From: Selaginella moellendorffii
Lineage: Eukaryota > Plantae > Lycopodiophyta
Assembly (NCBI RefSeq): GCF_000143415.4
Contig: NW_003314293.1
Coordinates: 1,136,431-1,200,430 of the forward strand
Direction of reading: 5' to 3'
Length of the DNA stretch: 64,000 nucleotides
Below are positions 61,539-64,000 of the stretch, in pieces. The translations under genes were made by a program, and so were the position numbers. Positions within the stretch are counted from its first letter, which is position 1; each line of letters starts with the position of its first letter. The notes under the pieces were generated by a model that saw only the letters and a list, made by a program, of their open reading frames with translations, searched no databases and was not told the DNA's origin.

Positions 61539-64000
61539 GCAGGATTCCCCAGAAAGGGTGATCACCGGTACAACTCGTCCTTGGGACAAGGACTTTGTTG
61601 GGGGGGAAGAATTGTTAGGCGCCAGCTTTGACTACGTGGTCAACGTCGGTCAAAGGGAGGCTCAAGGGTATATTAAGGCATGTTAGGGTAAGGGACTTAA
61701 CCTACCCTAGGGCTCACAGTGGAGCGGCGGCGCAGTGGAGCTTTTGAGGTAGCTCGGGGGTGGTTGGGTGGTGAGGAACCTCAAGAGGTGGCGTAGCATA
61801 GTCTAGGGCAACTAGATCTTTGTCTTTTTGCGCCGGATCATAACAACTAGCTAGTGCAAGACACAACAAGATGGGAACTCCTTACTGGGCTAAGTATGTT
61901 TAGCTAAGAGCATGTAAAAATTTCGTCTTTATGCTCATCCGGTATAAGCACTCTTGAAATGCCCAGTTAACTCCACTAGCGCAAGAGGGACTGATAAAGG
62001 GTCTAGCAATACCAACCTCCTGTCGTCATGGTAGTAAGGAAAGAGTGTCCGTAAGGACTGGCCGATAGGTAACTTTTGATATCCAAAGTCACATTCGTGA
62101 TACTCTCCCCCCCTTAGGGAAGATTGATGTCCTCGTCGATGCATACGCCAGTCTAGACCACTGCAGCCAAGGAAACAAATTCACGGTGATCACACTATGT
62201 GAGAAATGCATCAACTTAAATGAGTTAGGGTAACCCCTTTATCTAAAATGGATGTGCTACCAACTTAGACACCTTCCGGCTGTCACCAACAAGGAAATAA
62301 CCAATGGAGTTAGCTACCCTTGCTGCTTTGGGTGTGACCCAGCTTACAGAAGTGTGATACACCCCTGCCCACAGGGACATAGAGAGAGAAGCCAGAGGCC
62401 CCAACCCTCTTGAGCAAAGAAACCAAACCCGTCGGTAAGGTTTAGATAGACTACTGTAAACAGACACTTAGAGTTGTTTACACAGTCACACCCTTTTAAT
62501 AGAATAAGAAACATCGACAAAGAGGCAGGTGATGTGACCAGTTGAGAGTAGCTACCCCATGACTAGAGATTTCACCATGCACATGAAGTGCCAAAGCCAG
62601 TTTGCCTATACTGGCCCAAACTCAAAGATCAATAGAGGGACAATATCAAAATCATAGACAATGATATCTTAGAGACTTAATTATCAATGAATAAAGCCTA
62701 ATTTAGAACACAAAAGTATTCCAAATAAGTTATCATCCGATAAACCAGTATTTGAGTATAGAAACCACCAAGATCATCATTTTTGGAAACATAGAATTCA
62801 CCATCCAACAAAACTTAATAGCAACTGTATCATTAAGAAAACTCAATGATAAAACTTAACTATCAAATATTGTAGAAAGCGTGCTAAACTATTTATAAAA
62901 GACAACTAAGAGAATACAAAGTATCATCAACAGGCAAGCACAATGCTTGCGAATGTATCACCCAAAGGAAATAACATTCTAATCTATTAGAATAAACTCG
63001 AGCAACAATCAACATAACAAAATGAATACGGTAATACCAATAAACACTCATTCATATTAACTATCACACTAGCCAATATGAATAGATCCCAGTCAATAAT
63101 ACAATGGAACTAGAGTTGCTCAAGCAAGGGTTAGCAACATTCTATCGATGTCTCGAACTCAAGAGACCAATCCATAGCAAACCACAAAGAACATGTGGTA
63201 ATGCAAAAAGCCAAAAGCCATCAAAGGAAACAACTAACCATCATGAAAGATTATCAATCATCCCATCAAAAAGAGATATGCATAATCATCATCAAAGAAA
63301 GAATCCACCATCCCGAAGAATAATAAATCATTCTATATCAATAATACTCAAGCAAAACCTTTTAATAAAGATAATCAACTATCCTAGATGATAGTCAATC
63401 ATCACCAATGATTGCTAATGAGTTAGCTATGCTTTCCTCAACAACTTTTAGTAAATGGAGCAATGAGCATAAAACCCAAAGAACTAAAAGCTTGAAAAAG
63501 CATATAGCCAAGTCTTGCCTAACAATGATTACAAATTTCGTATGAACTAACTTCAATGTTAAAGAAGAAATCATGGTATAATCCACAATATCCTCTTCAA
63601 TACATCCATAAGTTAAACTTCATAATGCAAAGCTAATGAAGAGCACAATCCAAAAGCTAAACACAATGAAGTTATGCTCAACAAGTGATCATCAAATAGA
63701 TCCTCCATAAATCCATCTATAGCAGATGTAACTCACTTCATAACACGCACAAGAAGAATCATCAATGATTAATATATTCCAACTCAAATCTAATAAAGAT
63801 TCAAATATTTCAATATCAATCACTAACTCTTCCCATCGTAAAGTTAGTATAGTCCACAACTAAATCACTTTTCAAGGAAAAGCTAAAGCTCAACCCCTAC
63901 TAAATAATCTCGTCTAGAACACAACTAACTTAACTTGCCACTCAGCTCATTTGAATGCTAACATAGTTGCTAACTAGCAAATGCACTCAAAACTCAAAAC

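Larger units (their letters stand above)
56640..61845 (+). mobile_element. Full-length young Ty3/gypsy LTR retrotransposon
   Basis: 233-bp LTRs at 56640-56872 and 61613-61845 appear identical. TG...CA ends, PBS TGGTATCAGAG at 56874, PPT ggggggaagaat, and 5-bp TSD ACTAG at 56635-56639 and 61846-61850. Confidence 0.97.
55754..64000 (-). mobile_element. Long-LTR LARD-like element, copy B: 3' LTR 62102-55754 interrupted by the gypsy element; internal region runs off the window
   Basis: 62103-64000 is the diverged reverse complement of ~44370-46259, including the PPT. The LTR halves rejoin at the ACTAG TSD. Confidence 0.8.

Noticed and set aside
61400-61612. Chromodomain at the integrase C-terminus
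   Set aside because: The ORF stops shortly after the GPY/HPVF region, and no chromodomain motif is visible before the PPT.

Overview
Repeat-rich eukaryotic DNA from a land plant: it has TTTAGGG repeats, 45-57 nt GT-AG introns and CG/CHG C>T decay. A compact seed-free plant genome such as Selaginella is my inference only. One intact gene lies outside the annotated transposons: a spliced Crinkler/CR-type NTPase + REase gene (112-2861, minus). The rest is nested transposons. The main system is a 13-14 kb DNA transposon present twice in inverted orientation (5986-19870 and 25360-38502), with 24-bp TIRs and different 4-bp TSDs. It encodes a Sola1-like transposase with extra N- and C-terminal modules. 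It also carries a divergent 17-exon cargo gene that reconstructs to about 1,776 aa: ParB-like domain, degenerate beta-class DNA-methyltransferase fold, disordered linker and FCP1/HAD phosphatase-like domain. The element is seeded with about 25-30 copies of a 22-bp palindrome (ATGGCRTG-N6-CAYGCCAT), many placed one per mini-intron. This suggests a ParB/parS-like or VANC-like self-recognition system, which is a hypothesis. Also present: two Ty3/gypsy elements (one young, broken by a captured one-LTR TRIM unit), a TRIM, a long-LTR LARD-like family, a MULE-like SWIM pseudogene with a palindrome array, and a second ParB-like pseudogene. All domain calls are by eye from motifs, not from database searches.
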